Part shown: positions 17,201 through 24,959 of the stretch, one piece after another | How positions within the stretch are numbered: position 1 is the stretch's first letter | Layout of the letters: the number at the start of each line of letters is the position of its first letter | NCBI GenBank assembly: GCA_016712625.1 | Contig: JADJQQ010000031.1 | Location: 83,634-115,633 of the forward strand | Source: Candidatus Competibacteraceae bacterium | Lineage (GTDB): Bacteria; Pseudomonadota; Gammaproteobacteria; Competibacterales; Competibacteraceae | Length of the DNA: 32,000 nucleotides | Direction of reading: 5' to 3' | Program-made: the position numbers and the translations under genes | Notes under the pieces: model-generated | What the model saw: the letters and a program-made list of their open reading frames with translations, nothing else | Told to the model about the DNA's origin: nothing | Databases searched by the model: none

Positions 17201-17941
17201 GTTATAGCGCCAGATGGCCTTGTCCTTCGGGCGCATCAGCAGGAAGTCCAGCATTTTGTAGTTGGTCAGCAGAATGTCGGGCGGCTGGTCCTGCAACATT
17301 TGCTGGTCGGTAATGGCCCGCCAGGTCTTCTCCACCGCGCCGTCCAGCTCGATGGCCATCTCCCGGATGGCGCCTTCCTGGGTTCGGTTGGGATTGGCGG
17401 GATCGAAGCGGCCGGTGTAGAGGCCGACGCGAATTTTGGCTTTCCGCGTGGGTCCGGTTCCCCAGCACAGGGCCGGCGTCCGGAAGATTTCCTCGGCAAA
17501 GCGCCCGGCCTGATCGGCGGCCAGCGCGTTCATGGGATAGAGGATGATCGCCTTGATGCCTTTCCGGCCGGCGCGGTGTTCGCGATAGCAGTGATCGAGA
17601 ATCGGCACCTGAAAACACTCGGTTTTACCCGAGCCGGTGCCGGTGGTAATCAGGGTTGAGGCCGGCTCTTGTCCTTTCGAGGTCAGTCGCCGCCAGGCCA
17701 GCCATTGGTGACGGAAGGGGAGAAAGGGAACCGGCAGGTCGAAGAACCGGTTGCCGTGATCCGCGGCCGGGCGAAAGGGCCGGCGAATCTGTACCCACGG
17801 CCCCTTGAACAGGCCGTTTTCCGGGTCGTTGATGAAGCGCCGCAGGGCTTCTTCGTCGTCGCGCCGGCGAAAATTGAACGTGGCTTCCAGATAGTGGATA
17901 ACCTGCTGGCGAATGTCCTGAGCGAGGGTGGCGGGGAGCAT
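11252..17941 (-). CDS. 2229-aa DEAD/DEAH-box (Lhr/DrmA-like) helicase fused to a DUF1998-like (DrmB-like) zinc-ribbon module and a ~480-aa C-terminal extension
   Basis: Motifs read in the translation: TTGTGSGKTE (aa ~99-108), LVLDELHTYDG (DELH, ~256-264), GTSAT, LLAFTDSVQDASHRAG, TATSTLEMGIDIGDL and YLQRIGRAGR (~1108-1146). These are followed by LLPNYAFPERG, CGECG-x18-CPQCG, CVHCG and CSCRLLPC-x10-CYRC (~1345-1745), typical of DUF1998 modules. The C-terminal part contains QPDFLL...VAIFADGFEPH. Confidence 0.9.
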   Translation of the reverse strand: MLPATLAQDIRQQVIHYLEATFNFRRRDDEEALRRFINDPENGLFKGPWVQIRRPFRPAADHGNRFFDLPVPFLPFRHQWLAWRRLTSKGQEPASTLITTGTGSGKTECFQVPILDHCYREHRAGRKGIKAIILYPMNALAADQAGRFAEEIFRTPALCWGTGPTRKAKIRVGLYTGRFDPANPNRTQEGAIREMAIELDGAVEKTWRAITDQQMLQDQPPDILLTNYKMLDFLLMRPKDKAIWRYNRKGTLRYLVLDELHTYDGAQGADVACLIRRLKERLDIAQGELCCIGTSATIAAGDDETTQDPLARLADFAGRLFEEPLQPECVIGEDRLTVEEILRAPLADFTPVPAPGDSRAREGETAPEFARRIAPRFGAPAFPTDDGTTLFPGRLPPGDDTPATRWTLALGQWIRSQPLFAGLLEATRDGPRTWSELVAQVATADPSLRAVPEFGARSEVLSAFFALVAQARESRRKASSPLAGEGGGEGAELLPPRPLTPTQVQLWIRELRRLGRLVSDQPVFGWLDEQRPDQRILPVAHCTECGESVWVAMVDPDSENPIQARGVQGFQLIADVARIYQGWGFERPMSKWMVALSPWYPDDDAAPAQGALAIAEWHLSKDSLVLRLGPGPCPLTGSPTFRVRINRDTRTHAAGQTVGAVKCPHCRSDDSLMFIGAQAATLGSVAIDELFGSVLNHDPKLLAFTDSVQDASHRAGFFSARTFHFTLRTALQRVIDEAGADGLPLATLGARLLDYWSEPVPGRPGSLREAISTLLPPDLREYPPYLAYREQPPNTPPDAPLHTAIEQRLAWEACSEFSLMLTHGRTLEGNASATLGWDEAVIEATVALVRRRLPAIDPSLVVGDTATGAGRLRRWLLGILHRQRERGGLYHPYLDSYARQRYWGKYPFGKVVPGRELFPPAGRYRPRLMALAPHRDHDHLLASSRPGQISPWQIVWARRALALTHTPETSILDLIRAFLEAGCESGLLREVQRDGHQRLIALSADGARLWADGVQYACDDNGQRLYRPWHEAADWDGAPTLAYQGEQGRYQQIVSSDRQIYYQQRYRKGALRRVFAQEHTGLLTTEERETLEYQFNHGGHADDPNVLTATSTLEMGIDIGDLSSTLLCSIPPTTASYLQRIGRAGRSTGTALVLAVINQRPHDLFFFGRPGEMLAGQIEPPGCWLDASAVLVRQYLAFCFDSAVREGVIQALPATGRQLVEDLDSGQGPLSSLLAWATQREAALQGAFLARFSADVREDTRERFLRESRAEVLRERIHHAARDFDRQRQAIVNARKRLTDQKKEAEVNGDGESLREIEQENRILRVRQTHLDRTTVLEILIEYGLLPNYAFPERGVHFNGVLYNDHRRRPGPGREHDGALQAYDLVRGAGSALRELAPRNRFYTHSHAFEIQQLALGAPAQPLLEQWAICGECGHIRRTDELNRPDASPVCPQCGYAADAHSQQDRSQHKRFLEFARSQAISYMEHYESLSGDRADEREQRFYRLVNSFDTTLDGPSGAVADEMEPFGIEYRAALALRQVNTGFAEIPGSLPFGVDQQVSDTGFLACVHCGVTVDSDGDRSQLRHRRSCSGRRKTEKMQSEGRPGDAYQWEAFYLYRELRSEAIRILLPEVDEDDIATLTACLVLGFRLRFQGNPGHLLVMPQSVPQPQDGLRRHYLVLMDAVPGGTGFLKTLFQDTGGGASGLPGEGIMDLLRRARDALESCSCRLLPCRHGQDDPDGCYRCIRTYHLQYRSDQISRERGIRLLGRLIEAGQRRTLVKTLDQVDARALFGSLLEKRLVDRLREFVATDIAGQPGEWTRTLIKGALGFRFRVGAHPRLWALELQPKLGPQQGVAIPCQPDFLLTADDPEIRPVAIFADGFEPHVRPGQADSRLPDDFRKRRAILDSGLYGVWNITWHDLNPDPQTPIRLLQPPIVARILPPRLAAARQQGVQHPDVRLATADGFSQLKAYLLAPDRPGWTRLADECLMLSLQLLAGSGAASGQAALIDTVERWRDRAGVAMPSVNPEGQWVVSEKLAAEGDDLLALASVPDAINGLADRIQVWLRLLDSAEDRAQPGFCDRWRRFLALVNLFQFRQQFKVFVATEVAQGTAPDLELEREAALDERWREIRQAVVPALQPVVTQLAAAGVTLPEVEVYRSAASDCFAELAWRKAPSPTQREGESGGVVIVVGDQAAFAAEWQAAGWRVVTLADLQTRGTAWLSAMLPVGG

Positions 17942-17944
17942 GGT

Positions 17945-18370
17945 TTATGGCCCATGATCCCAAGGATTGATCAACATTAACGGAGCCGCCGCAAAGTCTC
18001 GAACATTGCGCGTGACCAGAGCCAGGCCGTGCTCGACCGCCGTTGCCGCGATGATCGAATCGAAGGCCGCCATCGGCTTGCCCATCGCCTCCACTTGGGC
18101 GCACAGCTCGCCCCAGTAACCGGCCGTATCGCCGGTAAAGGGCAGAACGCGCTCGCCCAGGCTTGCCTGAAGCTGATCCAGCCAGACCAACAACTCGCTT
18201 TTGCGGCGGGAGACCGGCAATTTGGCAACGCCGCGGCGCAATTCCGCCAGCGTCATCGCTGCGACAAACAATTCGTTCTCCGCCCGCGCATCGACCCAGG
18301 CCAATACGGTGCTATTGGGGGCCGGTTTCACGAATTCCGACAACACGCAGGTATCGAGCAGATACTTCAC
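17945..18370 (-). CDS. vapC: PIN-domain toxin, VapC/FitB-like (141 aa, GTG start)
   Basis: VKYLLDTCVLSEF..., ...LAELRRG... and ...DSIIAATAVEHGLALVTRNVRDF supply the conserved PIN acidic residues. GTG 18370 overlaps the antitoxin stop in a GTGA junction. The stop TAA (17945-17947) lies only 3 nt before the ATG of the 2229-aa helicase. Confidence 0.85.
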   Translation of the reverse strand: MKYLLDTCVLSEFVKPAPNSTVLAWVDARAENELFVAAMTLAELRRGVAKLPVSRRKSELLVWLDQLQASLGERVLPFTGDTAGYWGELCAQVEAMGKPMAAFDSIIAATAVEHGLALVTRNVRDFAAAPLMLINPWDHGP

Positions 18371-18609
18371 CACTCGATCTCTCGCACCGGCTCGGCCGAG
18401 CGTTCCAGGTCCAGCGGTTCGCCGCGCGGGGCGTTCCGCAGCACCTCCCGCAACGAGAGTCCCGAGCACAGGCGGCGGAATTCGGGCGCGGCGATCACCA
18501 CCACGGCCTCGGCGCCGCGCCGGGTGACCAGTTGTGGACCTTCCGCCAGGGTGCGATCCACCAGTTCGCTGAATCGGCTTTTGGCTTCCTGTAACTGCCA
18601 GGTGTGCAT
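18367..18609 (-). CDS. Phd/YefM-type antitoxin (80 aa)
   Basis: MHTWQLQEAKSRFSELVDRTLAEGPQLVTRRGAEAVVVI is a typical Phd/YefM N-terminus. The 4-nt GTGA overlap with vapC is classic type II TA geometry. Confidence 0.8.
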   Translation of the reverse strand: MHTWQLQEAKSRFSELVDRTLAEGPQLVTRRGAEAVVVIAAPEFRRLCSGLSLREVLRNAPRGEPLDLERSAEPVREIEW

Positions 18610-18738
18610 GAGAGGCCTCGATGACTGAAATCAGAAACTAGTCAGTCCGGTCAGATTGATGGGATTGCACGCAACTGTCAACCCATCATCGGAAATCGGT
18701 TGCCAAAAAGACTCAGTAATCGTTTGGCTTTTTGCCAG

Positions 18739-19221
18739 TTACTCGCCGATGCTGGCCAGTACCTTGGCGACCAGCCCCGGACTCAGAAAAAGACCAGCAG
18801 CTTGAGCCTGCATGATCCAGGGGTGCGCCTGTTTAATGAGGCCCTGTTGTCGCGCCAGCAGAATGACGCCCAGGGTACCCACCAGTGGGACATGATGCGC
18901 ATGGGCGCAGGCGCGACCTGCTTGATCGTCGAGGATCGCGATACGGGAGTTTCCCAGGCAATGAGCGATGACTTGCGATTCGCCCGCGCCCAGTCCCCAG
19001 GCGGCAACCGTCGTCGGCAAAGGTAGATTCGGTACAGTTCGCCCCTTGGCCCATTGTTGGGTCGTAGCCGCCGATGGGTCTCGATGTAGTCCGGCGCCCA
19101 CTTCCGCAATCACCGCTGCTGGAATCAGGGCGGCGGGCGCCAGGTTTTCGAGAAAATCCAGCCGGTTAATCCGGGAAAGGATGATCAGTGGCGAGGCGTT
19201 CACCACCCAGGCGTCAGGCAC
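18739..19221 (-). CDS. DUF3368-type PIN-like putative toxin (160 aa)
   Basis: N-terminus AWVVNASPLIILSRINRLDFLENL... resembles the DUF3368/COG2405 PIN-like family. It overlaps its upstream UPF0175-like partner by 8 nt. Confidence 0.7.
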   Translation of the reverse strand: MPDAWVVNASPLIILSRINRLDFLENLAPAALIPAAVIAEVGAGLHRDPSAATTQQWAKGRTVPNLPLPTTVAAWGLGAGESQVIAHCLGNSRIAILDDQAGRACAHAHHVPLVGTLGVILLARQQGLIKQAHPWIMQAQAAGLFLSPGLVAKVLASIGE

Positions 19222-19465
19222 GGCAGACTTCCTCGATCATTTCTTCAGCCGAGTATTGGCCAACGGGGATACGCCGACGGGCGAGTTCATCAATAAATTC
19301 GGCCCGGGACAATCCAGCAATTTCAGCCGCTTTATCCTGGGCGAGCTGGCCTTGGGCATACCAGTGGCAGGTGGCCGCTAACAGAAGTTCTTGGGCAAAA
19401 TCGCCTGGCGCTTTGCGAAGAGCGCCATAGACATCATCGGGGAGATTCAAGGTGATCGTTGTCAT
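19214..19465 (-). CDS. UPF0175-family putative antitoxin (83 aa)
   Basis: Internal ATG 19465 with AAGGA upstream. MTTITLNLPDDVYGAL...AQGQLAQDKAAEIAGLSRAEFIDELARRRIP contains the HTH-like segment typical of UPF0175 partners of DUF3368 proteins. Confidence 0.7.
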   Translation of the reverse strand: MTTITLNLPDDVYGALRKAPGDFAQELLLAATCHWYAQGQLAQDKAAEIAGLSRAEFIDELARRRIPVGQYSAEEMIEEVCRA

Positions 19466-19577
19466 CTCGGTATCCTTGCGGATTGAAAGTAGCAATGGGT
19501 CGGTCTGGTCAGCTTGATCGGGGCACGCCATGCCGCACGCCGGTTTTGACCTCTGCGCCCCAAAGGTATGACCGCAA

Positions 19578-22500
19578 TCATTGCTGTCCCCTGAATACTT
19601 CATATGCCACCCGATAATCCTCTTCCCGGTCAACCGGGGTGAAGGGCGGGTAAAAGGTCCGGGTGACGGTCTGGCGGCCGTTGTCGCTGGGCCAACTTAC
19701 CGTGATCGGCTTGCCGCGATAGTTCAGGGCGGCGTCGCGGAAATCAGCGTTGGGCAACAGCAGTTTCAGGGCGTCGCGTAATTCCTTAGCCCCGGCGTCC
19801 TTGCGGGTGGTGGTCGGGAGGCGGCGACCGTGGGCGTCGAACAGGTCCTGCCGCTCGTAGCCGCGCATGACCGGGAACTGCACCTGATAAATGGTGATGA
19901 GCTGCTTGAGCGTCAGGCCGAGGGCGAGCGCGACCAGTACGTCAATTTCCAGCAGCGCCTGGCGGCGGGCGAAGTCAGTGCGGAGCGCCGAGCCACGCTG
20001 CCAGTCGGCGGTCAGGGCCGACCAAGGGGTTTCCAGGGCCAAGCGGGGGTCGGGGGAGGTAAAGGTGTCAGCGTTGTACGCCGGAGTAAAACAGCAGCGC
20101 CAAACATTGGCGTAATGCTGGGTTAGAGCCGCAAGTCGCAACAACCTCGCGCTGGCTAACTCTATGACTGGACCCTCGATCAAGGGCAATCCACGCAAAT
20201 CATCTTCATGAATATTCGAGCGTCCCTTGACCTTGATGATGAAATCGAAGGCAATTGAACTCGCTGCGGCAGAGAAAATGAGTAGCCATCGTTCATCGAT
20301 GATACTGACAAACCGGACTGCGTTGATTCCGACAATTCCCGGAGCCGACAAAGTTCCAATGAGTGTCCGCTCATTCGCTGGTTGACCCATCGCCCGAAGA
20401 GCAAACTTCGGAAAAGCTGATAATGGCCTCGGCAACCTCCGCATCGCGGGATCGTCCGGCACACCCTGCTTAATCTTCACCTCTTTGAATTTCTCTGCAA
20501 ACTCCGTGCGGTCGGGACGATTTTCGTGGGCGAGCAGCCAGGCAACAGCAGCATCAACCTCGCCTTGCCACTCCGTAAAGTAGCCGAATAGGCGGGCGGT
20601 GCGGGTGCCCGGCAGGTTCGGGTCGATGCCGTAGCGTTGGAGAGGTTCGCCCAGCAACGCCTCATAGGCCGGCACCGCATCATCAGCGACAGGCCAGAAC
20701 CCCGGAACGCTCGGTTTCGGCCATTCCGGGATTGCGGCATAAAACCGGGTCAGGTCGCCCTCCCGATCACCGGGCCGGTAGACGGCGCGCGGCAGGAAGT
20801 CATCGGGAATGGCCGTCAGGTCAATGTCGTCGTAATGACCGTTGGCGATGCAAGCCGTGCGCGGGGTCTTGTTGAACGGATTGCCGACGTAGAAGTGCGG
20901 GCCGGAAAGTACCCATTGATCCGCCGTCTGCGGCTGGAAACTGGGGTCTTCCTGCCGGGTAATGATGCCGTCGCGCTGGCTGTTGCTCTCGTGGAACATC
21001 TCGGTCGCCAGGTATTCGCCCTCCAAATCACCAAGCCGCCTGGGCGCATCGGCGAATTTCCTGAGCACGGCAAGTATTTCCCGGCTGTGTACTTGGGGCA
21101 AGCGGGCCTGTAAAGCGAGCGTGTCCGGCTTTTCAAACAGCCGGGCGAACAGGGCCAGTTCGGTTTCAGTGATGGTGACCAGACGTTGGCAGTGACCACG
21201 GGTTTCCCATTCGCCCGCATCGTTTTTGATGCCGGGGATGGGGTCTTCCGGACGGTCGTGGCGCTGCGACGCGGTAATCGTGATGGGATCAAAGGCGTTG
21301 AACAGGGCGACGAAGCGCGGCGTGACTGGCGCCCCCCGATAGATGTTGAGGCTGAACGCCATCACGTGGTGTACATCAGCGAACAGAATCTTCTCATTCT
21401 TCATCTGATAGTGAGCGAGCAGCCGCCGATAATACTGCTCGCGGAATTCCCCACCCTTCGGATCGTCGAACACGCCTTCGGGATGCAGCAGCCCAGCCAC
21501 CCCGACCGGCGACAAGAGGCCCCAACTCCGCTCGATGAAATTCTTGTAGAGGTTGGTCTGCACACCCACCAGCGCCGGGTAGAGCGCGTGGCTGTTGAGG
21601 AACGCGGACGCTCCCTCGCCCAGGGTGAACCGGTCCCGATAGGCCGCCCACCGCCCGGCCTCCTGCAACAGCCGGGACCGCGCTTCGTTATACCCGGCGC
21701 TCCTGGCCGCCCGCACCCCCAGCAGCGGCTGCCATTCCGCCAGCAGCGGCGCGTCGTTCCACGACACCTTGAGCCACGGCGGATTGCCGAACATCAGGTC
21801 AAAGCCGCGTGGAGTGTATTCATCTCCCCCCTTTCGCAAAGGGGGGAACTGAGTAGTTGATGTTGTGAGGGAGTAAGCTGGCCCCAGCACTTCGGGAAAC
21901 ACCAGCTCCCAGTGGTGAAACGGCTGCTCCTTAAGCACGTTGCGCCCGTGGGCGAACCACGGCACCAGCGCCGCCGCTTCCCCGGCATCCAGCACCCCGT
22001 CATCGAGGGTCGCGGCATACAGCGCCTCGACATTGAACGCCTCGCCTACCCGCATCTGCATCATCGAGCGGTTGGCTTCATTGAGCCGGGTCGTTTCCAG
22101 CAACAATTCCACGCTCGCCAGCCAGGCGTCCCGGCTCGGCAATTCCGTGGCCCAGTCCAGCGGCCAGAACCACAGTCCGCACCAGGCGTCCATGACCAGC
22201 TTCAGGCGCTGGAAGGGACCGGACTCCGCTTCCAGCTTCGCCTTCACCGCCTCCTGGCTGGCCAGGGTGGGGCCCGGCGCGAGCGCTGCCGCGCTTTCCG
22301 AAGGCGTCGGCCAGACGCTGGCGGTGCAGGCGGTTCGGGCCAGCGCGCCATGCCGTTCCGCCGCGTAGGCCGCCCACAATTCGTCGATGCGCGCCGACAA
22401 CGCCAGGGCCAGCTTCGCCTCCTGCCCGGTCCACTTCTTCCTGACCTGCTTTTTCTGCCACTCGGCGACGTGGGCGCATTCCGCGGGCCAGTGCGCCTTC

Positions 22501-24959
22501 ATCAGCTTGTCGCGCCCGGCGGGGGCCATCTCCTCGTCCCAGACCAGGAAGTGATAAACCTCATCCGCGCCGCGCGATTCGCCGGGCGCCAGCAGCCGGG
22601 GAATCGCCGTGTCCTTGCCGAAAAAATCCCCGTCGGTGAGTCGCTTGACCTTCCACACCGCGCGCCGGGCGCCGATCAGGCTGTTGCCGGCGCGCAGCCG
22701 CAGGCCGAACCAGGGCACCGCGCCGAGGCAGTAGAGGTCCGGCCCGCCGCCGTTTCCGTCGCCGCTTTCCCGGACGCGCAGCCGGTGCATCGAGCCGAGC
22801 CACAGCGACAGCGCGCCGAGTTCGACGGCGGTCGGGTTCAGGTCCACGCCGTAGACGTTGCGGGTGGCGATCCAGTGACGCACCCGGCGGTGCTCGTCCT
22901 CGTAACGGTCCGGGGCGATGGTCTGGCCGGTCTGCTGCTGCTTGAGCTTGAGATAGGCGTGGGCCAGTTGCCGGGTGGCTTCGTTGATGAAAGCCGCCGA
23001 ACCCATGGCCGGTTCGCACAGCGTCAACCCCAGAATCGCATCGGCCCGATCCGGCGTAAGGTCCTTCAGCCGTTCGGCCAGCACTTCCCGCACCAGCGCC
23101 TCGGTCAGCACTTCCGGCGTGTAGTAGGAAGCGGTCTCGGCCCGGTCGATGCCGTTCAAATGCAGGATGAACTCACCCTTGCGGTAGATGCGCGGCTTGC
23201 CGGTGCGGCGTTCGAGGATGAGTTCGCCGGGTCTGAACAGCTCTTTCTGCGCTTCCGGCACGAACCAGGTCGGCAGATCGGCGGGAATCGCATCAGCGAA
23301 GACGCCCGCCGGGGCGCCGCGCCGGGGCGGCGGGGCTTCATCCTCGGCGTCCTCACCTTCCTCCTCGTCGCCGGCGCTCGCGTTCTGCTTTTTGGTCGAG
23401 CACACCTGGATCAGGTTCTCGGTGGCGAAAAATCCCTTCCACGACAGCAGGCCCTCATAAACCGCGCCCAGTTGCACGACGCCGAGATTGCCGTAATCAA
23501 TGCGGCCAATCGTGCCGGTCTTCTCATCAACGCCCATCGACAGACAGCGGATGACCTGCTGCAACACGCGGTTGGGCAGCCGGGTCCGGTCCAGCAGGGG
23601 CGTGGACTGCGGATCGAACAGCGTGGCGGTGAGCGGCTGGATGGTGAAATGCCGGGCATAGCCCGCCGCCAGTGCTTCCCCCCGGCTGCGCAGCGGCAGG
23701 CTTTGCTGACCGCCGCCGAACAAGTCGTCCTGATGGGCGAACATTGGCGGCGAGTCGGTGATGGCCACGTCCGCCGGCGGCGGGTCCTGGCCGAAGCCCT
23801 GATGGATCAGCGCAAACAGTTTCCGCAGATGCTCGTGAAAATAGGCCCCGTTCTCGCTGGTCACGCCCGGCTCGCCCAGATCGGCCAGATCGCGCAGCGC
23901 CTCCAGGCTGTAGCCGAGCCGGTAGACCTCCTCGTTGATCGGCAACGCGCCGAGATCGCTGGCGTGAGCCTCCGCGTACAGGCAGAACAGCAGCCGATAG
24001 ACAAAGACCAGGGCTTCACGCCGCAGAATCTCGGCATCAATCTCGCGGCGATCATCGGGCAGCGCCGGTTCGTCATCGCCCAGCCGCAGATAGGACAGCT
24101 TGCGATTGCGGCGATCCTCCACCCAGGCGTTGGCGATGGCGGTGATCGCCTCCCGCACCTGGCCTTGCAGGGCCTTGGACACGCCATGGGTGAATCGGTG
24201 GCTCTGGCCCTGCAACCGTTCGTGCAAGGGTTCTTCCGCTTCGGCCTCGGGGGCCAGCGTCGCCGCGCCCAGCAAGAGCGCAATCGCCTCGAAGGCCCCC
24301 GCTTCGCGCCGTCCGAAGGCGTCGTCGAGATCGAAGCGCAGGTAGCGCCCCTGCGCCCAGGCGTGCCGGTCGAAGAGCTGAATCTGGCTGCCGGACAGCA
24401 GCATCAGCCAGCGCGGCGCGTTCTCCTGGCGGAAGATCAGCGGCAGCGCCTCCGACCAAAGCCCGGCGAAGGATTTAAACGCCTCGTCCTCGTCAGGCGG
24501 CAGCCGCTCGACGGCCTGATCCAGCGGGTCTTCCGGCATGGCGTCCGCCGGCAGGCTGGTGTCGGGCAGGCAGAACGGGGTTTCGGCCACGACCAGCCAG
24601 GGCCGGCCGTGCCGGTAAAGCCGCAGCAGGATCGGCAGCCGCAGTTTTTCCGACGCCAGCGCCAGGGGCTGGCGGTCGAGCGTATAGCCCAGCGCCTGCA
24701 CCAGTTGCCCGTGCCAGCCGGCCAGTTCCGCGTCGGTCGCCCCGACCCGCAGCAGCGGCTGGTCGTAATCCAGCGCCTGGGATTTGGCGCGAAAGTAGGG
24801 TTCCGACAACGCCGCCAGCCGGCGGGCCGGGCTGGCGCTGCCCAGCGGACGCCAAGCTTTGAGGATCGGCTCGACATCCTTCTGAAACTGGCTGTCGAGA
24901 TAGTGAGCGGCATAATAGTCGCCGATGTTGTGGATGCTGGTGTCCAGGGCCATTTTCAA
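19578..24959 (-). CDS. 1793-aa gamma-class N6-adenine DNA methyltransferase, Eco57I/DrmMI/PglX-like (alternative ATG at 24953)
   Basis: Motif I-like [15 protein letters not shown] (rc of about 22990-23022), then [20 protein letters not shown] and catalytic motif [14 protein letters not shown] (NPPW = rc of 21774-21785). Motif I precedes motif IV, which is the gamma order. About 600 aa precede the methylase core and about 740 aa follow it. The start overlaps the SNF2 stop. Confidence 0.9.
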   Translation of the reverse strand: MKMALDTSIHNIGDYYAAHYLDSQFQKDVEPILKAWRPLGSASPARRLAALSEPYFRAKSQALDYDQPLLRVGATDAELAGWHGQLVQALGYTLDRQPLALASEKLRLPILLRLYRHGRPWLVVAETPFCLPDTSLPADAMPEDPLDQAVERLPPDEDEAFKSFAGLWSEALPLIFRQENAPRWLMLLSGSQIQLFDRHAWAQGRYLRFDLDDAFGRREAGAFEAIALLLGAATLAPEAEAEEPLHERLQGQSHRFTHGVSKALQGQVREAITAIANAWVEDRRNRKLSYLRLGDDEPALPDDRREIDAEILRREALVFVYRLLFCLYAEAHASDLGALPINEEVYRLGYSLEALRDLADLGEPGVTSENGAYFHEHLRKLFALIHQGFGQDPPPADVAITDSPPMFAHQDDLFGGGQQSLPLRSRGEALAAGYARHFTIQPLTATLFDPQSTPLLDRTRLPNRVLQQVIRCLSMGVDEKTGTIGRIDYGNLGVVQLGAVYEGLLSWKGFFATENLIQVCSTKKQNASAGDEEEGEDAEDEAPPPRRGAPAGVFADAIPADLPTWFVPEAQKELFRPGELILERRTGKPRIYRKGEFILHLNGIDRAETASYYTPEVLTEALVREVLAERLKDLTPDRADAILGLTLCEPAMGSAAFINEATRQLAHAYLKLKQQQTGQTIAPDRYEDEHRRVRHWIATRNVYGVDLNPTAVELGALSLWLGSMHRLRVRESGDGNGGGPDLYCLGAVPWFGLRLRAGNSLIGARRAVWKVKRLTDGDFFGKDTAIPRLLAPGESRGADEVYHFLVWDEEMAPAGRDKLMKAHWPAECAHVAEWQKKQVRKKWTGQEAKLALALSARIDELWAAYAAERHGALARTACTASVWPTPSESAAALAPGPTLASQEAVKAKLEAESGPFQRLKLVMDAWCGLWFWPLDWATELPSRDAWLASVELLLETTRLNEANRSMMQMRVGEAFNVEALYAATLDDGVLDAGEAAALVPWFAHGRNVLKEQPFHHWELVFPEVLGPAYSLTTSTTQFPPLRKGGDEYTPRGFDLMFGNPPWLKVSWNDAPLLAEWQPLLGVRAARSAGYNEARSRLLQEAGRWAAYRDRFTLGEGASAFLNSHALYPALVGVQTNLYKNFIERSWGLLSPVGVAGLLHPEGVFDDPKGGEFREQYYRRLLAHYQMKNEKILFADVHHVMAFSLNIYRGAPVTPRFVALFNAFDPITITASQRHDRPEDPIPGIKNDAGEWETRGHCQRLVTITETELALFARLFEKPDTLALQARLPQVHSREILAVLRKFADAPRRLGDLEGEYLATEMFHESNSQRDGIITRQEDPSFQPQTADQWVLSGPHFYVGNPFNKTPRTACIANGHYDDIDLTAIPDDFLPRAVYRPGDREGDLTRFYAAIPEWPKPSVPGFWPVADDAVPAYEALLGEPLQRYGIDPNLPGTRTARLFGYFTEWQGEVDAAVAWLLAHENRPDRTEFAEKFKEVKIKQGVPDDPAMRRLPRPLSAFPKFALRAMGQPANERTLIGTLSAPGIVGINAVRFVSIIDERWLLIFSAAASSIAFDFIIKVKGRSNIHEDDLRGLPLIEGPVIELASARLLRLAALTQHYANVWRCCFTPAYNADTFTSPDPRLALETPWSALTADWQRGSALRTDFARRQALLEIDVLVALALGLTLKQLITIYQVQFPVMRGYERQDLFDAHGRRLPTTTRKDAGAKELRDALKLLLPNADFRDAALNYRGKPITVSWPSDNGRQTVTRTFYPPFTPVDREEDYRVAYEVFRGQQ

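Noticed and set aside
18610-18738. Hairpins between the two TA modules (TGACTGA...TCAGTC at about 18623-18647; GATGGGATTG...CAACCCATC at about 18657-18691) as intrinsic terminators.
   Set aside because: Neither hairpin is followed by a U-tract on the transcribed (minus) strand. They are more plausibly operator sites for the Phd/VapC promoter, so they were not called as terminators.
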